From the NCBI GenBank assembly GCA_964016885.1, contig OZ024747.1, forward strand, positions 61,070,001 to 61,134,000: a stretch of 64,000 nt of DNA, written 5' to 3'. Below the pieces are notes generated by a model. The model had not been told where the DNA came from. It saw nothing but the letters and a program-made list of their open reading frames with translations, and did no database searches. The translations under genes and the position numbers were made by a program. This DNA comes from Eledone cirrhosa (taxonomy: Eukaryota). Positions 1 through 9,589 of the stretch are shown one piece after another. Every line of letters starts with the position of its first letter. Position 1 is the first letter of the stretch.

Positions 1-510
1 AGTTACATGCCCTGCTCATAAGGAACTGTTTATTGTTTGATTTTTACAGTTAGATGCCCTGCTCATAAGGAACTGTTTATTGTTTGGTTTTTACAGTTAG
101 ATGCCCTGCTCATAAGGAACTGTTTATTGTTTGATTTTTACAGTTAGATGCCCTGCTCATAAGGAACTGTTTATCGTTTGCTTTTTACAGTTACATGCCC
201 TGCTCATAAGGAACTGTTTCTCGTTTGGTTTTAACAGTTAAATGCCCTGCTCATAAGGAACTGTTTCTCGTTTGGTTTTAACAGTTAAATGCCCTGCTCA
301 TAAGGAACTGTTTCTCGTTTGGTTTTTACAGTTATATTTCCTACTCATGAGGAACTGTTTCTTGTTTTGTTTTTTATAGTTAGATGCCCTGCTCATGAGG
401 AACTGTTTCTCGTTTGGTTTCTTCTGCTCATAAGGAACTATTTCTGGTTTAGTTTCTACTGCTGGATTCCCTGCTAGTAAGGAGCTGTTTCTGGCTTGGT
501 TTCTACAGGT
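1..510. repeat. 47-bp minisatellite (AGTTAGATGCCCTGCTCATAAGGAACTGTTTATTGTTTGGTTTTTAC), about 10-11 copies, truncated by the window start and degenerating rightwards
   Basis: Units start at 1, 48, 95, etc. The last units (424-470) align to the element G segment at 7362-7412. Confidence 0.95.
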
Positions 511-719
511 AGAATGCTATCCAATGCTCCAAACACCAGCTTACTTGTGAAAAAGTTAATTATTTTACTAAATTCCTCCAAATTGCTGGTTATTTTGAAA
601 TTTATTTGAAATTGAGGATGATTTCATTAGAAATCATCCTCAAATTTATGTTTGCTTCCAATGTATGTATAAGTTGAGCCACTATGTTAACAAAAGGATA
701 CAACAACGATTTATATTGA

Positions 720-1440
720 ATGATGAGACTGATTGAACAGTGATACTGAATGGTGAGCTACACTATACAGTGATTCAAATTCAATATTGATCCTTATTGA
801 ACTTATCACACTGACAATGATTGGGCTCACTTATATACAAACAAAGTGTTATAGTGAAGACATGCAATCTAATAGATTAGATGAGGAGATGTGTAGTTGT
901 GGTGGTCAGAATCTTTCTCAGTGGACTTAAGAAGGCCTGAGAAGATGTGTAATTCTAATGGTTAGAGACTTGCTCAGTGGACTTGAGAAGGTCTGAGGAG
1001 ATGTATAATTGTGGTGGTCAGAAACTTACTCAGTAGATTTCAGAAGGCCTGAGATGTGTAAATGTGGTGGTCAGAGACTTGCTCAGTAGACTTGAGAAGG
1101 CCTGAGGAGATGTGTAATTCTGATGGTCAGAGACTTGCTCAGTGGACTTGAGAAGGACAGATAGAGATAGAGTTGTGACGTTACAGATGAAGAGATAAAT
1201 ATTGATTTGCGTGTAGGAGCAGGAGAACTGACCAGGCTAGGGTGTGAGGAGCCGAAGACAAAGGATGCAACCAGAAGATTACGTTAGTTTGTTTTGTCTT
1301 TGTATTCAGTTTACAAGAAAATAGTAGGGTAGAGATTCCTGGAGGATGGGCAGAAGTTAGAGAGGACAGTGTAGTGAAGTGACCAGGTTTGTAAGGTGAA
1401 AGAAGAGTTGATGACGCTGAAGGGAATGTGAAGATGTGGC
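720..1440 (-). mobile_element. Highly decayed Penelope-like retroelement remnant (linker plus GIY-YIG endonuclease region)
   Basis: Hand translation of the minus strand across frameshifts gives, in order, RNLLV..SSHP, PGQFSCS..IYLFICNVTTL, SNLLDCMS, LYISEPNHCQCDKFNKD and VAHH. This is collinear with the Penelope-type pattern RxLLVHS..PGxFPC..TCPFI..SNVIYCI..LYIGETGRxLxDRFxEH..VARHF, recalled from memory. Confidence 0.5.
882..1156. repeat. 56-bp minisatellite, about 5 copies, inside the Penelope-like remnant
   Basis: TGAGGAGATGTGTA...GGTCAGAGACTTGCTCAGTGGACTTGAGAAGGCC units start at 882, 938, 994, 1050 and 1103 (one has a 3-bp deletion). Confidence 0.9.
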
Positions 1441-1669
1441 TGTCATAAAATCAAATTTATACATAGTTGATATATGGTTTGAGTAAGAGAAATCAGATTA
1501 ATTGGCAACAGATTTACTCAATTGCTGAATCATGCTACACTTCACGAGAATTCAGATCAAATCATAATAAATTATAATTTAATCAAACTAAATTTACTGA
1601 ACTGTTGTTTCATTCAAGTTATAAATGTAAGGACAAATAGTGATCACACTTGTAATATATATGGTATGA

Positions 1670-1821
1670 GGCAGTGAGTTGGTAATCTTTAGTACATCAG
1701 ATGCTGTGCTTTGTAGTATTCAGTTTAGTACTCTACACTCTGAGTTCTAATCTTGCTGAGGTCAATTTTACATTTCATCTTTTCAGGGTTTGGGAAATCA
1801 AGTACAAGTCTAGTACTAAGG
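1670..1821 (+). mobile_element. Old, diverged copy of tRNA-derived SINE family A
   Basis: GGCAGTGAGTTGG...CTCTGAGTTCTAATCTTGCTGAGGTCAATTTTACATTTCATCTTTTCAGGG is collinear with the copy at 3711-3897. Confidence 0.7.
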
Positions 1822-1837
1822 ACAATATTTCTTCTAT

Positions 1838-1941
1838 ATCTCTACCTCTCTCTCTCTCTCCCTCCCTTTCTCTCTGCTTCTCTCTCTCTCCCTTTCTCTG
1901 CCTTTCTCACTTTGTCTCTCTGCCCCCCCCCCCTCTCTCTC
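1838..1941. repeat. Degenerate (CT)n polypyrimidine microsatellite
   Basis: Direct inspection. Confidence 0.9.
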
Positions 1942-2302
1942 AGAAACAAAAGTGATAGACTTCACCAGGTTTAAACTACCCAAGACATCAAGAAGACATG
2001 CTATAAACTTATTTTACCCTTATTTTATTCACTTCTTTATATCTAGAACAAGTTTCGACCATTTTCACTTTTATAGCTGGTGTCAGTTGATATAGCTAAT
2101 TTTCTCATTATTAAGTTGTCATTTGGAACATAACATAACAAAGGTTTTTACATAAAATTATGATGGAAGATTTGATGATAAATATAAAGACTGTAAAACC
2201 AACATAGAACCAGGGGTAATCTGAAGCAGTTTGAAATCAAAATTATTTAAAATTTCTAATATATATTATAACAAGAGTGCTGTCTGTCTATCATACTCAC
2301 TT

Positions 2303-2933
2303 TATAGAGAGAGGGAGTGCCAAGGGTGACAGAGAGAGGGAGTATGACAGAGAGGGTGCAGTCGACATCGCCCTCATCTATATATATAGAGGGGGGGGGG
2401 TGCCAAGGGTGACAGAGAGAGGGAGTATGACAGAGAGAGAGGGTGCAGTCGACATCAGCCTCATCTATATATAGAGCGGGGGGCGTGCCAAGGGTAACAG
2501 AGAGAGGCAGTATGACAGAGAGAGAGGGTGCAGTCGACATCGCCCTCATCTATATATAAAGAGGGGGAGTGCCAAGGGTGACAGAGAGAGGGTGCAGTCG
2601 ACATCAGCCTCATCTATATATAGAGCGGGGGCGTGCCAAGGGTAACAGAGAGAGGCAGTATGACAGAGAGAGAGGGTGCAGTCGACATCGCCCTCATCTA
2701 TATATAAAGAGGGGGAGTGCCAAGGGTGACAGAGAGAGGCAGTATGACAGAGAGAGAGGGTGCAGTCGACATCAGCCTCATCTATATATAGAGCGGGGGC
2801 GTGCCAAGGGTGACAGAGAGGCAGTATGACAGAGAGAGAGGGTGCAGTCGACATCGCCCTCATCTATATATATAGAGGGGGAGTGCTAAGGGTGACAGAG
2901 AGAGAGAGGGGGCAGTCGACATCACCCTCATCT
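2303..2933. repeat. GA-rich ~64-87-bp minisatellite, 8 units, with alternating A/B variants
   Basis: The GGGTGCAGTCGACATC core has GTCGAC at 2361, 2448, 2533, 2597, 2681, 2765, 2847 and 2915. Confidence 0.95.
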
Positions 2934-3331
2934 AGTCTATATATAATAGATGTTTATATTCTAAATCACTGTATTTCTCTATAATCTGTTCTCTAGTGAT
3001 TCTGACCAACTTCTGTGTCTTATTAGGAGACTACTTCCTCTTATTGATCATATATTATTACTGTTTTGTTGAATGTCATAATTCCATTGCTACAACCTCA
3101 CTCATTGCCCAATGCCATCAGCTTTAAGTCTTGCCACTCATTCAATGTCACTCAACATCAACATTAGATGGATTAAAAGAATCAACTACTAATATTTTAT
3201 ATGTTTCTAGATTAATCTTGTTAGTGTCTTAAATATCTCAAGTGGCTTATTTCCAAGTGAGTCAGATTACATGGACAAGAAGACAAAGGAGTGAGGAGCT
3301 GATGATGATAACAATTATTACTATTGTTATA

Positions 3332-3560
3332 AATTGGCAGTATCGGTAGAGGGTCGGATGCCATGCTTTGCAGCATAGAGTTATGGTCCTTTATGTTCGA
3401 GTTCAAACGCCGCCAAAGTTAACTTTGCCTTTCATCCTTACGGGGTCGATAAAATAAAGCACCAGTAATACACTGGGGTTGATATACTCGATTTTCCCCC
3501 TCCCCTTCAAATTGTTGGCCTTGTGCCTAAATCAGAAACCATTAATAATAATATTAATAA
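3332..3560 (+). mobile_element. SINE family A copy (longer 3' variant) with AAT-rich tail
   Basis: A-box-like TGGCAGTATCGG, B-box-like GAGTTCAAACGCC, core TTTGCCTTTCATCCTTACGGGGTCGATAAAATAAAG, and 3' end GGCCTTGTGCCTAAATCAGAAACC. Confidence 0.9.
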
Positions 3561-3687
3561 TTGTTTCTACTTTTGGCACAAGGCCAGCAATTACCCAGTG
3601 TATTACTGGTACTTTATTTTACCCGATAAAATAAAGTACCAGTAATACACTGGGTACTTGCTGGCCTTGTGCCAAAAGTAGAAACAA
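3561..3687. repeat. Near-perfect inverted repeat (61-bp arms, 5-nt loop) built from two SINE A 3' ends
   Basis: 3561-3621 is the reverse complement of 3627-3687 with one mismatch. The loop is CCCGA. Confidence 0.95.
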
Positions 3688-3710
3688 TTATTATTAATAT
3701 TATAATAATA

Positions 3711-3900
3711 GGGCGGTGAATTGGCAGTATCGGTAGAGGGTGGGACGCCATGCTTTGACGCATAGAGTTACGGCCCTTGCCATTCTGAGTTCAAATCCCG
3801 CTGAGGTTAAATTTGCCTTTCATCCTTACAGGGTCGATAAAATAAAGTACCAGTAATGCACTGGGATAATTGCTGGCCTTGTGCCAAAAGTAGAAATAAT
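3711..3900 (+). mobile_element. Full-length SINE family A copy
   Basis: Starts GGGCGGTGAATTGGCAGTATCGG, has B box GAGTTCAAATCCC, and ends GGCCTTGTGCCAAAAGTAGAAA plus an ATT tail. AATTATTATTAATATTATAA lies at both 3686-3705 and 3898-3917. Confidence 0.92.
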
Positions 3901-4090
3901 TATTATTAATATTATAAAGAAATTATTATTATTATTATTGATGTTGTTGTTGTAGCAATAACCATGCCTCAGATAACCCTTATTGGCTATGGTTCTGCCT
4001 CTGTAGTTGTTATTGTTATTTTTATCCCTACCCTCATCATCATAGTGATCATGATGTCAGAAAACACAGATTTTATTATCTTAGAATAAC

Positions 4091-4278
4091 TGTTTCTACA
4101 TTTAGCACAAGGCCAGCAATTACCCAGTACATTACTGGTACTTTATTTTATCGACCCCCGTAAGGATGAAAGGCAAAGTTAACCTTGGCGGGATTTGAAC
4201 TCAGATCGTAAAGGGACGTAACTATGCTGGAAAGCATGGCGTCCGACCCTCTACCGATACTGCCAATCCACCGCCCTT
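4091..4278 (-). mobile_element. Full-length SINE family A copy with a 13-bp TSD
   Basis: Reverse-complement match to 3711-3897. ATCTTAGAATAAC is present at 4078-4090 and 4282-4294. Confidence 0.93.
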
Positions 4279-4599
4279 ATAATCTTAGAATAACAAAGAA
4301 TTACATAACAATAAAGAGGGAGTAGCAGTAATACAGAGGACTAAGTGTATTACAAAAACAAATGTGTTCTCCCTTAACTCATTCAAGAATGGACCAGTTT
4401 AAAATGGACTCATCATTTTTGTTTTCCATTTAAAAAGAGGATAATAGCCCTGATATATTATGTTGAAATATACTGGGTGAAAAATATTACTTTGTTTTGT
4501 TTTATTTGTTATCCTTTGCTCTTTATATATTTCTACCACATTGTCTCAGCCTTCTGAAGTCCCTACCAATCAGTTACCTATATAAATGTATTGTTTCAA

Positions 4600-4911
4600 C
4601 ACTCTTCTTCTTCGCCCACTTATTCCGAAGGTCCTGTGAGAAGCAACCATCTCCAAGCAAGATCAGCCAAGCTCATGGATTTTATCCAACCATCTTGCTT
4701 GGGGTCTACCCCTGGGTCTCCTGCCGGTTGGTTTTGCCCATAAAATCTGTCAAGTGGTTCTTTCCTGAGACATTCTAACCACGTGCCCATAATATAAGAG
4801 CTGTGATCTCTCAATTTAGAGAAGTAGCTGCTCCACCTGGAGTAACTCGCTGATCTCCAAGCTATACACTCTATGAAGTATCATTACTCCAAAGACACTT
4901 CAGAGGAAATC
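4600..4911 (-). mobile_element. 5'-truncated RTE-clade (Expander/Rex3-like) LINE 3' fragment, pseudogenised
   Basis: One minus frame reads FL*SVFGVMILHRVYSLEISELLQVEQLLL*IERSQLLYYGHVVRMSQERTT*QILWAKPTGRRPRGRPQARWLD. This matches the typical RTE C-terminal QLRWxGHVxRM..GRRPRGRPxxRWxD motif. It ends in a short (GAA)n tail. Confidence 0.88.
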
Positions 4912-5034
4912 TTAGCTTTAATTGTAATTAATATATTGTTTCATGTGGTATTTTATGACTGAAAGTTCAAGACTGTTGTCCTGGATAGGACATCAGCTCA
5001 CGATATGGTTAAACTTTAATACCTGCTGCTCTAT

Positions 5035-5195
5035 CTAAGGCCTCCTTTGGTCAGAACTGACCATGGATAATAGCCTGTTGTTAGTTCGGCTGGAGCAGCA
5101 TCTTTGGTGGCTAAACAGACCTATACATGAGTAACAGCCTCTGTCACATTGAACACATCTGTATATGGTCTCGGGACTGTTGGATTTATTGCACT
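5035..5195 (-). mobile_element. RTE-clade LINE extreme 3' fragment (C-terminal Cys/His motif plus 3' UTR), copy 1
   Basis: The minus strand reads CNKSNSPETIYRCVQCDRGCYSCIGLFSHQRCC (CxxC..H..C, 'SRIGLFSH' type). It is followed by a GGTCA-N4-TGACC hairpin. Confidence 0.8.
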
Positions 5196-5197
5196 CT

Positions 5198-5482
5198 TAA
5201 CGCCTCCTTCGGTCAAGGCTGACCATGGGTAATATCTTGTCAGCTGGGCTGTAGCAGTATCTATGGTGGCTAAACAGACCTATACGCGAGTGTCAGTCTC
5301 TGTCACATCTGTATATGGTCTGTTGGATTTATTGCACCCCTTTCACCGGGCTCTCCTGTTCACTGTTGCAGTCATCGACCTCACCTCCCCTCCCCTGATT
5401 TGAGGTGTTGATTCAGAGTGTTCCACCATCTTGGCCTGTCAGCTGCGAGGCCCTCCCAGGACTCTTGTGTTGATGCCAGCTG
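5198..5482 (-). mobile_element. RTE-clade LINE 3' fragment, copy 2, frameshifted
   Basis: The minus strand reads GINT/ESWEGLAADRPRWWNTLNQHLKSGE...RRAR*K...YRCDRD*HSRIGLFSHHRYC, followed by the same 3' UTR hairpin. It is directly repeated with copy 1. Confidence 0.85.
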
Positions 5483-5947
5483 CTGCTGCTGCTGGCACTT
5501 ATATAATTCAATTCAGTGAACTGGAACAGTGTGAAATATGTCACCTGTTCTAGAAGTTGAAACTGTAAACTTATGAACCTAGGAAATCATTGCACTTGTG
5601 CAACTCATCAAATTTAAATAGTATCAACATTATTCACGATGTTGTTGTAGTGCTAGTTGCTCTTCTCTCTTGCCTTTTTGTTTATGTGTTTTACTTTTTC
5701 ATCAAAATGTTTTCACCCCTTTGGTTTATGGCAAATTTAGCAGAAAGATGCCAAACTTTTACTGTATGCCAATCTATTTTATTCACCATAAATAATTAGA
5801 AACTTATTGAGTGAAGACGGTAAAATCAATGGTTACAAATCACTTTAGAAGTCTATCTTAAATATAAATCAATCCAATATGAAATTAATCTTGATGTCAG
5901 GCTTGGCATCTTTCCACCAATTACTGAGTTTGTCTTATACAGTTAGC

Positions 5948-6145
5948 AATGTTGTTGTTTTATACTGAGCTTCTGATAGTATTGTTGTTGTTACTGCTAC
6001 AGTGGTAGTGTTGTTGTTGCTGTTGTACTTGTTACTGCTGTGGTGGTGGTTGTGGCTGTTGTCTTTGTTTTTGTTACTGCTTTAGAAGTTCTTGTTGTTG
6101 TTAATGCGATGAAAGTTATGATTGCTGTTATTATTGCTGTGGTGT
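5948..6145. repeat. Degenerate (GTT/GCT)n trinucleotide tract
   Basis: Direct inspection. Confidence 0.8.
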
Positions 6146-6149
6146 GTCT

Positions 6150-6340
6150 GTATATTCATACATATATATGAGCGTGTGGATAGACACATGCACACACAGA
6201 TATATATATATATATATATGCATACACACACACAGACTCACTCACATGAACAATATATATGTACACACATCTACATATATATGTATGTAGATTAGTTTTT
6301 ATATATACGCATATATATATATTTATATATAAGTATATAT
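6150..6340. repeat. Mixed (TA)n/(CA)n microsatellite
   Basis: Direct inspection. Confidence 0.85.
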
Positions 6341-6485
6341 CAATTCAATTTCATTACAGTGGTGTGTATCGGGACTTGGTGGAGGGATCTGTATTGATTC
6401 CCTTAATGGGAGCAGTAAATGGTTCATTTTACTATCAAATTAATTTAAAGTTATAGTCCCCTTCCCTTACCACCGTTTACGTGTC

Positions 6486-6770
6486 ATACCATACCACCAA
6501 CCACCCCGTACCATACCACCAACCACACCGTACCATACCACCAACCACACCATACCACTAACCACCCCATACCAACAGCCACACCATACCATTAACCACC
6601 AACCACGTCACACCACCAACCACATCATACCATTAACTACACCATACCACAAGCGACACTGTACTACCAACTACACCATACCACCAGCCACCAACCACAC
6701 CATACCACAAGCCATACTGTACTACCAACCAACCACAAGCCACACTGTACTACCAACCACACCACACCAT
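6486..6770. repeat. Degenerate CA-rich tandem repeat (ACCATACCACCAACCACACC-like)
   Basis: Recurrent ACCAT/ACCAC/ACCA blocks. Confidence 0.85.
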
Positions 6771-6902
6771 ATCAGATGTGATGGTTGTATAGTGTATAGT
6801 GTGTCAGATGTGATGGTTGTATGGCATATACAGGTGAAGTAATGTGATAGGATAGATCTTTTCTTTTGAGCAACCGAAACACATACTTATTAAATTGTTT
6901 TA

Positions 6903-7048
6903 CTTGTACTTTATTTTATCGATCCCAGAAGGATAAAAGACAAATCTGACCACTGTGGGATTTGAACTCAGAACATAGAGAATCATAACAATTTACCTCA
7001 AACCAATTTTTCTGTAACTCAACTAACCCTACCCCTAATTCACCACCA
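6903..7048 (-). mobile_element. Diverged SINE family A copy
   Basis: GTACTTTATTTTATCGATCCCAGAAGGATAAAAGACAAA...GGGATTTGAACTCAGAAC...AATTCACCACC is collinear with 4138-4277. Confidence 0.75.
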
Positions 7049-7249
7049 TAGATACGTCTATCTTTAATGTCATTTCTGAGCTAAAGTAGCCTGACAAACT
7101 GTAATAAATTGTCCACACAATCTCTATCCAAATTCAATTACAATGTTTAACACAACCAATAGAAACACTTTGCTAAGGTGCCACATAGTTGTATCAAACA
7201 TGGAACTGACCCTGATTCTATTATAGTAAACTATTTGTTTCAGAGTGTT

Positions 7250-7470
7250 CATCAACATCAATATCATCATCGATGTCAGCGTCATTTCATGTCTATTTTC
7301 CATGGTAGCATGGGTCAGACAGGTTATCTTGTTTGAGGGAAGATAGGCCAGGTGATTGTATCTTGCTCATGTAGAACTATTTCTGGTTTGGCTTCTATGG
7401 CTGGATGTCCCCCCTAACACCAACCACATTGACAGTGTGTGTTGGGTTCCTTTTGCCGTGACACCTACAC
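7250..7470 (-). mobile_element. Element G (GAT-tailed retroposon, SINE or LINE-derived) 3' portion, running directly into the 48-bp array
   Basis: A CAT-like tail is followed by CATTTCATGTCTATTTTCCATGGTAGCATGGG...TTCTATGGCTGGATGTCCCCCCTAACACCAACCAC. It is collinear with 11819-12040. Confidence 0.75.
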
Positions 7471-9162
7471 AACCACTTTACAGTGTGGATTGGGTGATTT
7501 TTGTCATGACACATACACAACTACATTACAGTGTCGAGTGGGTTCCTTTTGTCATGACACCTACACAACCAATTTACAGTTTGGACTGGGTGCTTTTTGT
7601 TGTGACACCTACATGACCACTTTACAGTATTTACTGGGTGCTTTTTGTCATGACACCTGCACAACCAATTTACAGTGTGGACTTGGGAGCTTTTTGTCGT
7701 GACACATACACAACCACTTTACAGTGTCGATGGGGTTCCTTTTGTCATGACACCTGCACAACCAATTTACAGTGTGTACTGGGTGCTTTTTGTGACACCT
7801 ACATGACCACTTTACCGTATGTACTGGGAGTTTTTTGTCATGACACCTGCACAACCAATTTACAGTGTGGACTGGTTGCTTTTTGTCGTGACACCTGCAC
7901 AACCAATTTACAGTGTGGACTGGTTGCTTTTTGTCATGACACCTGCACAACCAATTTACAGTGTGGACTGGTTGCTTTTTGTCGTGACACCTGCACAACC
8001 AATTTACAGTGTGGACTGGTTGTTTTTTGTCGTGACACCTGCACAACCAATTTACAGCGTGGACTGGTTGTTTTTTGTCGTGACACCTGCACAACCAATT
8101 TACAGTGTGGACTGGTTGCTCTTTGTCGTGACACCTGCACAACCAATTTACAGTGTCGATGGGGTTCCTTTTGTCATGACACCTGCACAACCAATTTACA
8201 GTGTGTACTGGGTGCTTTTTGTGACACCTACATGACCACTTTACCGTATGTACTGGGAGTTTTTTGTCATGACACCTGCACAACCAATTTACAGTGTGGA
8301 CTGGTTGCTTTTTGTCGTGACACCTGCACAACCAATTTACAGTGTGGACTGGTTGCTTTTTGTCATGACACCTGCACAACCAATTTACAGTGTGGACTGG
8401 TTGCTTTTTGTCGTGACACCTGCACAACCAATTTACAGTGTGGACTGGTTGTTTTTTGTCGTGACACCTGCACAACCAATTTACAGCGTGGACTGGTTGT
8501 TTTTTGTCGTGACACCTGCACAACCAATTTACAGTGTGGACTGGTTGCTCTTTGTCGTGACACCTGCACAACCAATTTACAGTGTGGACTGGTTGCTTTT
8601 TGTCGTGACACCTGCACAACCAATTTACAGTGTGGACTGGTTGCTCTTTGTCGTGACACCTGCACAACCAATTTACAGTGTGGACTGGTTGCTTTTTGTC
8701 GTGACACCTGCACAACCAATTTACAGTGTGGACTGGTTGCTTTTTGTCGTGACACCTGCACAACCAATTTACAGCGTGGACTGGTTGCTTTTTGTCGTGA
8801 CACCTGCACAACCAATTTACAGTGTGGACTGGTTGCTCTTTGTCGTGACACCTGCACAACCAATTTACAGTGTGGACTGGTTGCTTTTTGTCGTGACACC
8901 TGCACAACCAATTTACAGTGTGGACTGGTTGCTTTTTGTCGTGACACCTGCACAACCAATTTACAGTGTGGACTGGTTGCTCTTTGTCGTGACACATACA
9001 CAACCAATTTACAGCGTGGACTGGTTGCTCTTTGTCGTGACACCTGCACAACCAATTTACAGCGTGGACTGGTTGCTTTTTGTCGTGACACCTGCACAAC
9101 CAATTTACAGTGTGGACTGGTTGCTTTTTGTCGTGACACCTGCACAACCACTTTATAATGTG
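7421..9162. repeat. 48-bp minisatellite (CAACCAATTTACAGTGTGGACTGGTTGCTTTTTGTCGTGACACCTGCA), about 36 copies, with a 429-bp internal duplication
   Basis: Period 48 (TACAG at 7861 and 7909). ORF offsets 7819->8248 and 7934->8363 are both 429 = 8x48+45. Confidence 0.97.
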
Positions 9163-9377
9163 AACTACTTTACCTTGTTTAAATTAAAACCTTCCAATCT
9201 ATTTTTATGTAAGAACTTTTATTAAGTTACTTTCTAAACACTAATTTAATAATGAGAAAGTTAGTTACATTACTAAACCCTTTCACATTTTAAAATTATA
9301 TTAAGTATTAATTTGAAAATCATAGGCAGTGTGTTTTGTTAGAAATACGGTAATGAAAAGGTTAGAGCACTATAAAA

Positions 9378-9530
9378 TGGTGAAGTAGCAGAAACAGTAA
9401 AGTAACAGACTAAATACACTACAGCGTTTAATTTTGTCCTTTTATATTCTGGATTCAAGTCTTACTGCTATCAGCTTCACTGTTCATCTTTCTAGAATCA
9501 ATAAAGTCAGTAGCAGTCATATTCTGGGGT
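9378..9530 (+). mobile_element. Strongly decayed SINE A-like copy
   Basis: TGGTGAAGTAGCAGAA...TTCTGGATTCAAGTC...TTCATCTTTCTAGAATCAATAAAG...CTGGGGT preserves the motif order of family A. Confidence 0.5.
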
Positions 9531-9589
9531 GGAGAAGGAGAAGATGAACTCAATCAAGTCTAATCTTCCTAACCTCACCTACTTTTCAT

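Noticed and set aside
3711-3800. tRNA gene (A- and B-box-like motifs)
   Set aside because: No cloverleaf is evident. The motif is the head of a multi-copy SINE with a body, tail and TSDs.
4497-4814. Listed ORFs 4497-4778(+) and 4620-4814(-) as genes
   Set aside because: They are off-frame or antisense readings of the RTE fragment, whose true frame contains stops.
7638-9225. 506-aa Cys-rich repeat ORF and overlapping long ORFs on both strands
   Set aside because: Several frames are open at once because of the 48-bp stop-poor unit, and the unit derives from an interspersed-element segment.
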